Below are positions 16,887 through 24,183 of a DNA stretch of 41,232 nt, one piece after another. Origin of the DNA: Candidatus Omnitrophota bacterium. GTDB lineage: Bacteria; Omnitrophota; Gorgyraeia; Gygaellales; Profunditerraquicolaceae. How positions within the stretch are numbered: the stretch's first letter is position 1; each line of letters opens with the position of its first letter. The translations under genes were made by a program, and so were the position numbers. The DNA is taken from positions 1 through 41,232 of the forward strand of contig VGKK01000001.1 in NCBI GenBank assembly GCA_016867095.1. Reading direction: 5' to 3'. The notes beneath the pieces are model-generated. The model saw only the letters and a list, made by a program, of their open reading frames with translations. It did not search any database and was not told the DNA's origin.

Positions 16887-17465
16887 TCAAAAATTCTCGG
16901 CTAACACCTCATAAAATGCCCGCGGGTGTTTACACGCCGGGCATTCTTTAGGAGCTTCTTCTCCTTCAAAAACATATCCGCAGTTTATGCAGTACCATTT
17001 TACCGGCGCCTTTTTCTTAAATACTTCATTATTGATAATGTTATTAATCAGTTTCCTATATCTTGATTCGTGGAATCTCTCAACTTTTGAAATCTGTTCA
17101 AATGACCGCGCTATCTCTTCAAAACCTTCGTCTTTGGCTGTCTTGGCAAAATCTGCATATAAAGTTGTCCATTCAAGATTTTCTCCAGCGGCTGCTTCCT
17201 CAAGATTAGTTTTTGTATCTTTTATCATGCCCGCAGGATATGAAGCAATAACTTCAACATCTCCTCCCTCAAGATATTTAAAAAACACTTTGGCGTGCTC
17301 TTTTTCATTTTCTGCTGTTTCAATAAAGATATTGGCAATCTGTTCAAAGCCTTCTTTTCTTGCCGCGCTAGCAAAATAGGTGTATCTGTTCCTTGCCTGG
17401 GATTCTCCGGCAAAAGATGCTAAAAGATTTTTCTCTGTCCTTGTTCCCTTGATTGATTTAGCCAT
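16887..17465 (-). CDS. rbr: rubrerythrin
   Basis: 192 aa. Has an N-terminal ferritin-like di-iron domain (TEKNLLASFAGESQARNRYTYFA, ENEKEHAK, ERFHESRY) and a C-terminal rubredoxin motif CINCGY...CPACKHP. Confidence 0.9.
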   Translation of the reverse strand: MAKSIKGTRTEKNLLASFAGESQARNRYTYFASAARKEGFEQIANIFIETAENEKEHAKVFFKYLEGGDVEVIASYPAGMIKDTKTNLEEAAAGENLEWTTLYADFAKTAKDEGFEEIARSFEQISKVERFHESRYRKLINNIINNEVFKKKAPVKWYCINCGYVFEGEEAPKECPACKHPRAFYEVLAENF

Positions 17466-17486
17466 TTTAATTGTCGCCTCCTTTAT

Positions 17487-17672
17487 TTATGAACGCCTGC
17501 AACCATGTCCAAAACCGCCACCCCTGCCTGAGCGCGCGTAACCCCTATCTTGTTCAGCCCTGTGTATATTCATACTCTTACATTGCGGACATTCATTGGG
17601 TCTGCCAACTCCATAAGCAATTTCCCATTCATGGTTACAGTCGTAACACTTAAATTTTCTCATGCTATCCAT
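17487..17672 (-). CDS. small zinc-ribbon protein with Gly/Arg-rich tail
   Basis: 61 aa. Has CYDC...CPQC and the tail RSGRGGGFGHGCRRS. A strong SD (AAGGAGGGG) lies 8 nt upstream. Sits between the regulator and rubrerythrin genes. Confidence 0.55.
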   Translation of the reverse strand: MDSMRKFKCYDCNHEWEIAYGVGRPNECPQCKSMNIHRAEQDRGYARSGRGGGFGHGCRRS

Positions 17673-17697
17673 CGTATCAACCCCTCCTTATTATTAT

Positions 17698-17712
17698 TGG
17701 AAATTATTTTCA
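17698..17712. promoter_or_regulatory. Fur/PerR-type 7-1-7 operator box upstream of the Zn-ribbon/rubrerythrin genes
   Basis: The sequence is TGGAAATTATTTTCA. Its reverse complement TGAAAATAATTTCCA differs from the box at 18224-18238 only at the central base. It resembles the 7-1-7 consensus TGATAATNATTATCA. Confidence 0.55.
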
Positions 17713-17736
17713 TTATTAATTAAAAAAATATAGCGG

Positions 17737-18210
17737 TTATTTTTTAGTACTGCATTTACCACATAAACCGTAAAATTGAATAACGTGATCTGTAATCTTA
17801 AAATTGTATTTTGCACCTAATCCTTTTTCTGTTTGCCTCAAAAGCTCTATTTCTTCATTTATAAAGTCCGCGTAATCAACCACCCTGTTGCAATCAGTAC
17901 AGACCAAATGGTGGTGATGATGCGCCCCCTTAGGCCCTTCAGCGAATTCGTAGCGCGCCCTCCCATCTCCGAAATCGAGCTTATAAACCATTCCAAGATT
18001 AGATAATACATCTAACGTCCTGTAAATCGTAGTAAGTCCGATATTAGGATATTTAGGATGAACTTTCATATAGATATCCTCAGCGCTCAAATGGCCTTGG
18101 GATTTAGAAAGGATATCAAGGATGACTTCTCTGCCAGCGGTAAGCCTATATCCGCATCCCCTGAACTTACCGTGCCACCATCCTTGTCCTTGGCAATTTC
18201 TTTTTGGCAT
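17737..18210 (-). CDS. Fur family transcriptional regulator (PerR-like by context)
   Basis: 157 aa. Has a DNA-binding helix region (TTIYRTLDVLSNLGMV), HHHHHLVCTDCNRV and a C-terminal CGKC structural Zn site. The ~25-aa N-terminal extension is rich in G/W/R/C. Confidence 0.85.
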   Translation of the reverse strand: MPKRNCQGQGWWHGKFRGCGYRLTAGREVILDILSKSQGHLSAEDIYMKVHPKYPNIGLTTIYRTLDVLSNLGMVYKLDFGDGRARYEFAEGPKGAHHHHHLVCTDCNRVVDYADFINEEIELLRQTEKGLGAKYNFKITDHVIQFYGLCGKCSTKK

Positions 18211-18223
18211 TGCAACTCCTTAA

Positions 18224-18273
18224 TGAAAATGATTTCCATTTCTAAATATATAACAAAGGAATATTCTTGTCAA
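18224..18273 (-). promoter_or_regulatory. promoter of the Fur-family gene with an overlapping operator box
   Basis: On the minus strand: TTGACA (reverse complement of 18268-18273), a 17-nt spacer, then TATATT (reverse complement of 18245-18250). The box TGAAAATGATTTCCA (18224-18238) follows immediately downstream, a classic autoregulation layout. Confidence 0.55.
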
Positions 18274-18285
18274 GCTTTTTGTAAA

Positions 18286-18325
18286 AGAAAGCCTTGCTTT
18301 CGATAAATTCAAAAGCAAGGCTTCT
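18286..18325 (-). terminator. hairpin terminator after the 104-aa membrane protein gene
   Basis: AGAAAGCCTTGCTTT (18286-18300) pairs with AAAGCAAGGCTTCT (18312-18325), with one bulge. U-rich tail on the minus strand. Confidence 0.45.
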
Positions 18326-18348
18326 CCTTGCGATCTCGCCGTTATTTC

Positions 18349-18663
18349 TTATAATGCGTTTGCAAACTTTGCCTTTTTATCAAGTGTTGTAGCTACTGCT
18401 ACCATTACTCCCCATATAAGGAAAATACAGAGAGTCATTGGAACGCCAACCTTGATCATCTCCGGAAAAACTTCGTGTAAACCAGCGGTCAAAAAAGGTG
18501 GATAAAGAACAATTTCTCCGTGTGCGATATGTTCGACTGCTAACATTGCCACGCCACCCCAGAACATTGAATTTAAGCAATTTAAATGGTATTTCTCGGG
18601 AACTTTTTTGCCTACGGCAGTCGTTACTATTGCCGCACTCATAGGAACAACGAAACAAGCCAT
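18349..18663 (-). CDS. small integral membrane protein, function unknown
   Basis: 104 aa with three hydrophobic segments. No recognisable motif. Confidence 0.5.
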   Translation of the reverse strand: MACFVVPMSAAIVTTAVGKKVPEKYHLNCLNSMFWGGVAMLAVEHIAHGEIVLYPPFLTAGLHEVFPEMIKVGVPMTLCIFLIWGVMVAVATTLDKKAKFANAL

Positions 18664-18694
18664 AGCTTACCGCACTCAGCTATCCTTCAAGGCT

Positions 18695-19039
18695 TCAATA
18701 ACTTATGAGCCCAGAAAGCATTTTACAAATATCTTCCAATTCGCTCTTAAGCATCGTGCCTTTATCAGCATTAATAAGTCCCTTGCGGCTGTAAATCTCT
18801 AAGATCGGCACACACTCAAACGCAGAACCACGTGCTATCCTGAAAAAATTTATCCTATCTGCCTTATGGTATCTTCCATTTCCTTCGGCGATATTGGTCG
18901 AAATAGATAAAGCCGCTCGATTAAGCTGATCTGCAAGGTAATAATTACCTTTTGCAAAATCTTTCGTTAATTCGCATATCTTATCTGCGAAATTAACGGC
19001 TTTTCGATAAACATCGAGTTTTTCAAATATAAATGCCAT
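18695..19039 (-). CDS. four-helix-bundle protein (23S rRNA intervening-sequence protein family, TIGR02436-like)
   Basis: 114 aa. FEKLDVYRKAVNFADKI...QLNRAALSISTNIAEGNGRYHKADRINFFRIARGSAFE is the family signature. Confidence 0.85.
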   Translation of the reverse strand: MAFIFEKLDVYRKAVNFADKICELTKDFAKGNYYLADQLNRAALSISTNIAEGNGRYHKADRINFFRIARGSAFECVPILEIYSRKGLINADKGTMLKSELEDICKMLSGLISY

Positions 19040-19044
19040 ATTTT

Positions 19045-19119
19045 GAAAATAGAAAATCGAAATTCGACCGAATCGAAAATCTGTCCTCTAATCAAATCTC
19101 AACTCTCGATTTTCGATTC
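19045..19119. repeat. heptamer-built hairpin (word GAAAATC) upstream of the four-helix-bundle gene
   Basis: The left arm reads GAAAATA GAAAATC GAAATTC GACCGAA TCGAAAATC. A perfect 12-bp stem forms between GAATCGAAAATC (19070-19081) and GATTTTCGATTC (19108-19119). Confidence 0.85.
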
Positions 19120-19120
19120 T

Positions 19121-19170
19121 CTGAAAATTTCGGGCTTGTGGTTTGACTCCAAGCCCGAAATTTTCTGCCC
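19121..19170. repeat. tRNA-minihelix-like hairpin, copy 1 (also a likely bidirectional terminator)
   Basis: GAAAATTTCGGGCTTG-TGGTTTGACTC-CAAGCCCGAAATTTTC is a perfect 16-bp stem with a T-loop-like loop. It is ~85% identical to 21033-21079, including the 19-nt exact block AGCCCGAAATTTTCTGCCC. Confidence 0.85.
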
Positions 19171-19275
19171 GAACTGGTTAATAGACAGAACCTTTAAGAT
19201 TGTATGTCACCTGCCGGAGAAAGGCAAGCGAAACTCTATTGCCCAGCTAAGGCGCGAGAATTTGTTCCTTAAAAC

Positions 19276-19563
19276 TCAATAATCCATCAAATCAAATTCG
19301 TGCAAAAGGATGCGGGCTTTCTCTAGGCATTGTCCGTTAGACCTGATATCATTAACGTCTATACCAAAACAGTAATCGCTGTAGGCAAACTCAAGACTCT
19401 TAAGCCCGGCTTTCTTGGCGATTTTGTTGTATTTTTTCTCTATCTGCATCTCCTTCTTATAAGCGATATCGTAGGCTTTCTCCCTTTCCTGCCACATCTT
19501 CTTAATAAAAGGGTATTTCTGCAGGAACTTTTTGATTAACTTTTTATCTTTAGCAAGTCTCAT
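19276..19563 (-). CDS. hypothetical 95-aa protein, translationally coupled to the AAA ATPase gene
   Basis: Lys-rich ORF with no motif recognised. Its ATG lies 3 nt after the ATPase stop. Confidence 0.5.
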   Translation of the reverse strand: MRLAKDKKLIKKFLQKYPFIKKMWQEREKAYDIAYKKEMQIEKKYNKIAKKAGLKSLEFAYSDYCFGIDVNDIRSNGQCLEKARILLHEFDLMDY

Positions 19564-19566
19564 AAC

Positions 19567-20838
19567 TCACTCCTCCAGGAGCCACCTGTAGATTGGCTTC
19601 ACTAAGACGGCTCTCCCCTTTAATTTTATTTCTTCCTCAGTATCTTCAGTCAGGATAAGAGCGGTTTTTAATTTTAGCTCATCCATGGCTTTTATAAGAG
19701 AATTAAGCTCGCGTTGCCTTGTTTTCTCATTGTCTAAGTTATCCGTTGCCTGAATAAGCCCTAAATCCTTTTTGCCTTTTTTTACCAGGAAATTAACCTC
19801 CAGATTATTTGAGGTTTTATAATAATAGATTTCGGGATATTTCTGTTTCAACTCAAGGAATACGAGATTTTCCAGAAACTTGCCCTTGTTCTTGGAAAAC
19901 TGAAATGCTACTGATTCTGCTAAGCCGTTATCTATGCAGTAGATTTTCTTCAATGCCAAGAATTGCTGCTTCAAGGAATAAGAAAATTTGCTTATCAAAA
20001 ATATCAGGAAGCTGTTTTGCAGGAAGTCGGCATAGCTTTTTATGGTATTCATACTTCCTAAGCCTAATATATTTTTGAGATTGTTATAGGAGAATGTTGC
20101 GCCTATGTTACTGAGGAGATACAGCCCTAACTCTCGCAGAGCCTTGACCTGTTTTATATCGTATCTGGCTACGATATCCCGATACAGGATATCTTCGTAG
20201 GCACGTTTTAATAAGGCCGTATCCTTATATTTTAAGTATTCGGGCATGCCACCATGCTTTAAGTATTCGGCAAAGTGCTTCTTTATATTTGCCCTTTCAG
20301 CTGTGTAAGAAAGACCGTTCTTAGGAAGCTTGACGCCTTTAAAAGACAAAAACTCTGTAAATGAGAATGGATACAGTTCTGTACTTATGTTTCTGCCGGT
20401 TAGCTTTGTGCCCAATTCCTTGCTTAAAAGAGATGCATTTGAGCCGGTTATGAAAAATTTATTGCCCTTATCCTGCATCCGGCGCACAAAGACTTCCCAT
20501 TTAGGCACGTTTTGTATCTCATCAAAGAAAAAGACTTTTCTTTCACCGTAGATTTCTAAGAATGCTTCGTAGAGATTATTAAAATCCTCCACCCCAAAAT
20601 CTACAAGACGCTCATCTTCAAAATTCAAGTAATAGATACCTTTTTTATAGAAATTCTCCGCTATCTGGTTAAGTAGGGTAGATTTGCCGCAACGGCGAAT
20701 TCCTGAGATTACCACAGCATGAGGTAAGGCTGTATGCCTCGAAACGATACCCAAAGCAACTCTTGGGATTCCTGTCTCAATAGCCTTTCGGCCTTGCTCC
20801 TGTTCCAAGACTATTTCTTTTAATAAAGTTTTCTGCAT
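19567..20838 (-). CDS. AAA+ ATPase of the AAA_14/DUF4143 family (COG1373-like)
   Basis: 423 aa. Has Walker A ISGIRRCGKSTLL, Walker B VFFFDEIQ, and the DUF4143-type C-terminal region ...LENLVFLELKQ...LEVNFLVKKGKKDLGLIQAT. Confidence 0.85.
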   Translation of the reverse strand: MQKTLLKEIVLEQEQGRKAIETGIPRVALGIVSRHTALPHAVVISGIRRCGKSTLLNQIAENFYKKGIYYLNFEDERLVDFGVEDFNNLYEAFLEIYGERKVFFFDEIQNVPKWEVFVRRMQDKGNKFFITGSNASLLSKELGTKLTGRNISTELYPFSFTEFLSFKGVKLPKNGLSYTAERANIKKHFAEYLKHGGMPEYLKYKDTALLKRAYEDILYRDIVARYDIKQVKALRELGLYLLSNIGATFSYNNLKNILGLGSMNTIKSYADFLQNSFLIFLISKFSYSLKQQFLALKKIYCIDNGLAESVAFQFSKNKGKFLENLVFLELKQKYPEIYYYKTSNNLEVNFLVKKGKKDLGLIQATDNLDNEKTRQRELNSLIKAMDELKLKTALILTEDTEEEIKLKGRAVLVKPIYRWLLEE

Positions 20839-20874
20839 TTTGGCTCCCTATTCCTATATCTCATCTACAGTGAG

Positions 20875-20913
20875 AATATACCATAGATAATTCTCATTGT
20901 CAATGAGAATTAT
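20875..20913 (-). promoter_or_regulatory. promoter with a perfect 12-3-12 palindromic operator upstream of the AAA ATPase gene
   Basis: ATAATTCTCATT-GTC-AATGAGAATTAT (20887-20913) is a perfect inverted repeat. On the minus strand its centre contains TTGACA (reverse complement of 20898-20903), then a 17-nt spacer, then TATATT (reverse complement of 20875-20880). Confidence 0.55.
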
Positions 20914-21032
20914 TAAAAAATACTTGTATGGGTTTTGCTAAGAGGATTGGGGTCTTAAAAAAATCGGAGGGAAGTTCTAAGCCAGAAATAGATTTTCCAG
21001 AATATCTCTTATTTGTTCAATTTTCGGTTAGT

Positions 21033-21079
21033 CTGTAACTTCGAGCTGTGGTTCGAGTCCAGCCCGAAATTTTCTGCCC
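21033..21079. repeat. tRNA-minihelix-like hairpin, copy 2, abutting the 3' end of tRNA-Gln
   Basis: The sequence is CTGTAACTTCGAGCTGTGGTTCGAGTCCAGCCCGAAATTTTCTGCCC. It aligns with 19121-19170. The last 6 nt overlap the tRNA-Gln 3' end on the opposite strand. Confidence 0.8.
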
Positions 21080-21144
21080 CCCATGGATTCGAACCATGAT
21101 ACCCAGGTCCAGAGCCTGGTGGCCTACCGTTAGCCGAGAGGGCA
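21074..21144 (-). tRNA. tRNA-Gln (anticodon CUG)
   Basis: Hand-folded 71 nt: UGCCCUC-UC-GGCU-AACGGUA-GGCC-A-CCAGG-CUCUGGA-CCUGG-GUAU-CAUGG-UUCGAAU-CCAUG-GGGGGCA-G. It has a 7-bp acceptor stem with U1:A72 and G73 (bacterial Gln identity features), U33, anticodon CUG and a GGUUCGAAUCC T-arm. No CCA is encoded. Confidence 0.85.
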
Positions 21145-21152
21145 AATAGCTA

Positions 21153-21392
21153 TTACCAAAGATTATCTTTTATCCAATTATCCGTGGCCAGGATAAATTT
21201 CCAAAAATTATAGGAATCCTCGCCCGCGCCCTCAACAGCGCCTACCACTGTTGAGCCCATTCCGTAGCCGACACAGGCCACGCCTTCCGCGCTTTTGCCG
21301 ACGCCTTTGCCAAAACCCTTGGTGGTCTCGCAACCAGCGGCAAACACCAACAAAATAAAGAAAACCACTATTCCTATCGCTTTATTTTTCAT
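21153..21392 (-). CDS. small lipoprotein
   Basis: 79 aa. Signal peptide with lipobox LLVFAAGC, Gly-rich mature part. Start overlaps the gltX stop. Confidence 0.6.
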   Translation of the reverse strand: MKNKAIGIVVFFILLVFAAGCETTKGFGKGVGKSAEGVACVGYGMGSTVVGAVEGAGEDSYNFWKFILATDNWIKDNLW

Positions 21393-22693
21393 ACGTTCCC
21401 CCTTTTTACCCAGGCCAGCAATCTTTCTTTTGTCCTTTCCTTTCCTAGATAATATATCACCTCAAACAGCCCCGGCCCAACAGTTTTACCGGTCAAGGCT
21501 GCCCGCACCGGATGGATAAGAACTTTTGCCTCTATATTCAGTTCCCCTACCAGCTGGCGAAAACTAGCCTCAATGCTGGCGATATCAAATTGTTCTAACG
21601 CCTCTAATCTTTCGCTAAAAAGCTTAAATTCCCTGGATAAATCCCGGCTTAAGAATTTTTCCCTGGCTTGAGGGTCTATCTGAATATCTTTCAGAAAAAA
21701 GAAATCCGCCCAATCCGCGAAATCCCTTAGGGTGGACAACCTGCCCTGGAATAATTTTACCAAAGAAATAATATAACCCCTGTCAAAATTACCCTCCTGG
21801 ATGTATTTTTTTTCCGTAAGCAGCGGCAAAATCAGCTCGGTAAGCCTGGCGGGGTCGGCGCCTTTTAGATATTGATTATTCATCCAGTCCAATTTCTTCA
21901 TATCAAAGGTAGCCGCGGTTTTGTTGACGTCCTTAATGTCAAAAATCTTTATCGCCTCGTTAATTTCAATCACCTCGCGGTTTTCTCCGGGCGACCAGCT
22001 TAATAATAGCAGGTAATTAACCAGGGCCTCGGCCAAATACCCCAGGGAGCGGTAATCGCTGATGGCCGTGGCGCCGGTGCGTTTGGAGAGCCGGCCGCCT
22101 TCCATACCCATGATTAAAGGCAGGTGCGCGAAATAAGGCGCCGGCAGCTTTAAGGCCTGATAGAGGAGAGCCTGCTTGGGCGTATTAGAAATATGGTCAT
22201 CGCCCCTGATCACATGCGTAATATTCATCGTGTAATCGTCAACTACGCAGGCAAAATTATAGGTCGGGGTCCCGTCGGATTTAATCAATACCTGGTCTTT
22301 AATGTTGGCGGTGTCAAACTGAATCCTGCCGCGGATTAAATCATCTATAATTACGTTTTGCGGCGTAACTTTATAGATAATCGCCTCGCCCCGGCCCTCT
22401 GTTTTTTCCACATAAGCCAGTTTTTCCTTTAATAAACGCTCGGCGTATTCCCTGTAGATACCCGACCTCTGGCTCTGGTAATAAATCTCATCCCAACAAA
22501 ATCCGAGCCACTTCAGGCTGCCTAATATCTCCTCCACATATTCGGGTTTTGAGCGCAGCTTGTCCGTATCTTCTATGCGCAGGATAAACTTGCCGTCTTT
22601 TGCGCGGGCATAAAGCCAATTAAAAAGCGCGGTGCGGCTGCCGCCGATATGCAAGTTTCCCGTTGGTGAAGGAGCAAAGCGCACCCTAATCAT
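21389..22693 (-). CDS. gltX: glutamate--tRNA ligase
   Basis: 434 aa. FAPSPTGNLHIGGSRTALFNW (HIGH motif) and RLSKR (KMSKS motif). The class I GluRS pattern holds throughout. Confidence 0.9.
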   Translation of the reverse strand: MIRVRFAPSPTGNLHIGGSRTALFNWLYARAKDGKFILRIEDTDKLRSKPEYVEEILGSLKWLGFCWDEIYYQSQRSGIYREYAERLLKEKLAYVEKTEGRGEAIIYKVTPQNVIIDDLIRGRIQFDTANIKDQVLIKSDGTPTYNFACVVDDYTMNITHVIRGDDHISNTPKQALLYQALKLPAPYFAHLPLIMGMEGGRLSKRTGATAISDYRSLGYLAEALVNYLLLLSWSPGENREVIEINEAIKIFDIKDVNKTAATFDMKKLDWMNNQYLKGADPARLTELILPLLTEKKYIQEGNFDRGYIISLVKLFQGRLSTLRDFADWADFFFLKDIQIDPQAREKFLSRDLSREFKLFSERLEALEQFDIASIEASFRQLVGELNIEAKVLIHPVRAALTGKTVGPGLFEVIYYLGKERTKERLLAWVKRGNV

Positions 22694-23220
22694 CTTAACC
22701 TCAACCCCTCTTTCAACGCCTTCTGGTTAATCTCAACCAGGCCCTTTTTATCCGCGGGCGCCATCTCGAAAATAACCTTAAGCACAGTTTTTTCTTCCAC
22801 GATATTCTTTCGGGCGAAGTAACACCCCAGGGCGAGCATATTGGCTACCTTGATATTGCCTAATTTGATTGCCAGGTCAGTAAAGGGGTGGCTTAAAGTC
22901 TCCGTGTTTTTAGGCGGGAGTTTATCCACTAGAGAGCTATTGATAATTAAGAGGGTTTTATTCTTTACCCGCTCTTTAAATTTCTTCAGGGAGGGATTAT
23001 TCATGATGATCAAGCTGTCCGGCTGATTAATACGCGGCGAACCAATGCGGCGATCGGATATTATTACCATGCAATGCGCGGTTCCGCCGCGCACCTCTGC
23101 GCCATAAGCAGGCAGCCAGGTGACAAATTTACCTTCCTGCATCGCTGCTTCTGCGAGAACCTTGCCTAAAAGCATAATGCCCTGGCCGCCGGCTCCTGCT
23201 ATAATAATTTTTTCAATCAT
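22690..23220 (-). CDS. 2-oxoacid:ferredoxin oxidoreductase, gamma subunit
   Basis: 176 aa. IIAGAGGQGIMLLGKVLAEAA is typical of POR/VOR/KOR gamma subunits. Confidence 0.85.
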   Translation of the reverse strand: MIEKIIIAGAGGQGIMLLGKVLAEAAMQEGKFVTWLPAYGAEVRGGTAHCMVIISDRRIGSPRINQPDSLIIMNNPSLKKFKERVKNKTLLIINSSLVDKLPPKNTETLSHPFTDLAIKLGNIKVANMLALGCYFARKNIVEEKTVLKVIFEMAPADKKGLVEINQKALKEGLRLR

Positions 23221-23306
23221 ACAATTCTGTGTAATGTTAAATGTGTAATGTGTAACGCTGGTGTAACGGTTGCCACATTACACGTTACGCTTTAAACGTT
23301 ACACAA
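23221..23306. repeat. word-built imperfect hairpin (word GTGTAAYG) filling the beta-gamma spacer
   Basis: The left arm is GTGTAATGTTAAATGTGTAATGTGTAACGCTGGTGTAACGG. The right arm is CCACATTACACGTTACGCTTTAAACGTTACACAATT. One exact pair is GTGTAACG (23250-23257) with CGTTACAC (23297-23304). Confidence 0.8.
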
Positions 23307-24038
23307 TTATTTAATTCTGCCTAATGGGAACTCTTTGGCCATCACGTTATTAATCCAATCCAGCGCCTGCCTGGGAGGCATCGCCCAATAAGTCGGGCAA
23401 GGCGATAATATCTCCACCAAAGAGAACCCTACATGATCAATTTGATTCTGGAAGGCCTGCCTTATCGCCTTTTTGGTTTTCATCACTTCTTGGGGCGAAG
23501 ACAGCGCCGTCCTTTCAATATATTTTACGCCGGCAAGTAATGCCAGCATCTCGGAAATCTTTAAAGGATAGCCCTCTTCGGGCTTTCTTCCCTGCGGGGT
23601 GGTGGCGGTCTTTTGCCCCAGTAAAGTAGTAGGGGCCATCTGGCCGCCGGTCATACCGTAAACCGCGTTATTAATAAAAATGACGGTCAGGTTTTCGCCG
23701 CGGTTAGCGGCATGTATGGTCTCGTTGGTCCCGATAGCCGCTAAATCCCCGTCCCCCTGATAGGTAAAGACGATATTTTGCGGCCTGACTCTTTTTATCG
23801 CCGTAGCCACAGCCAGGGCCCGGCCGTGCGCCGCCTCAGAACAGTCAAAATCCCAATAATCATAGGCGATTACCGCGCAACCCACCGGAGCAACGGCAAT
23901 AACCTGCTCTCTGATATTTAATTCATCCACCACTTCCGCGATCAGCCTGTGGGCTATGCCGTGCCCGCAGCCCGCGCAGTAGTGCGTGGATATGTTACGT
24001 AGGGATTTAGAATGACTGAATACTTTACCCATAATCAA
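23307..24038 (-). CDS. 2-oxoacid:ferredoxin oxidoreductase, beta (TPP-binding) subunit
   Basis: 243 aa. Has CAGCGHG and the TPP motif GDGDLAAIGTNETIHAANRGENLTVIFINNAVYGMTGGQ. The likely true start is ATG at 24032. Confidence 0.9.
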   Translation of the reverse strand: MIMGKVFSHSKSLRNISTHYCAGCGHGIAHRLIAEVVDELNIREQVIAVAPVGCAVIAYDYWDFDCSEAAHGRALAVATAIKRVRPQNIVFTYQGDGDLAAIGTNETIHAANRGENLTVIFINNAVYGMTGGQMAPTTLLGQKTATTPQGRKPEEGYPLKISEMLALLAGVKYIERTALSSPQEVMKTKKAIRQAFQNQIDHVGFSLVEILSPCPTYWAMPPRQALDWINNVMAKEFPLGRIK

Positions 24039-24043
24039 TTTCC

Positions 24044-24180
24044 TAAATTACAATAAACAAATTACAAATCACAAACAATATACAATACCAAAATCACAAT
24101 GACCAAATGGTTCCATATGTAATTTTGGTCATTTGATATTTGGATTTGTTTGTAATTTGGAATTTGTGATTTGGGATTTA
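24044..24180. repeat. ACAA/TTGT heptamer-built long hairpin, empty copy (family core CAAAATCACAATGACCAAA)
   Basis: The left arm (24044-24107) is TAAATTACAATAAACAAATTACAAATCACAAACAATATACAATACCAAAATCACAATGACCAAA. The right arm (24124-24180) is TTTGGTCATTTGATATTTGGATTTGTTTGTAATTTGGAATTTGTGATTTGGGATTTA. On the minus strand a 12-codon mini-ORF (MTKITYGTIWSL*, 24094-24132) starts at the arm ATG. Confidence 0.85.
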
Positions 24181-24183
24181 ACA

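Noticed and set aside
18380-18658. 92-aa ORF in another frame of the 104-aa membrane-protein gene
   Set aside because: It overlaps the same strand. The 104-aa frame gives coherent hydrophobic helices, while the alternative is Arg/Ser/Cys-rich without features.
20985-21079. A plus-strand tRNA or tRNA pseudogene ending in GGTTCGAGTCC...
   Set aside because: An acceptor-like pairing (TTTTCGG at 21021-21027 with CCGAAAT at 21064-21070) and a T-loop-like motif exist. However, only ~21 nt separate them, so there is no room for D and anticodon arms, and the T stem has only 3 bp. I treat it as a minihelix-like repeat.
19121-21144. Prophage or integrative element with an integrase at tRNA-Gln
   Set aside because: No integrase, recombinase or phage-like gene lies between or next to the repeats. 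Only the att-like repeat geometry and the AT-richness remain, and these are reported as a finding with the terminator alternative.
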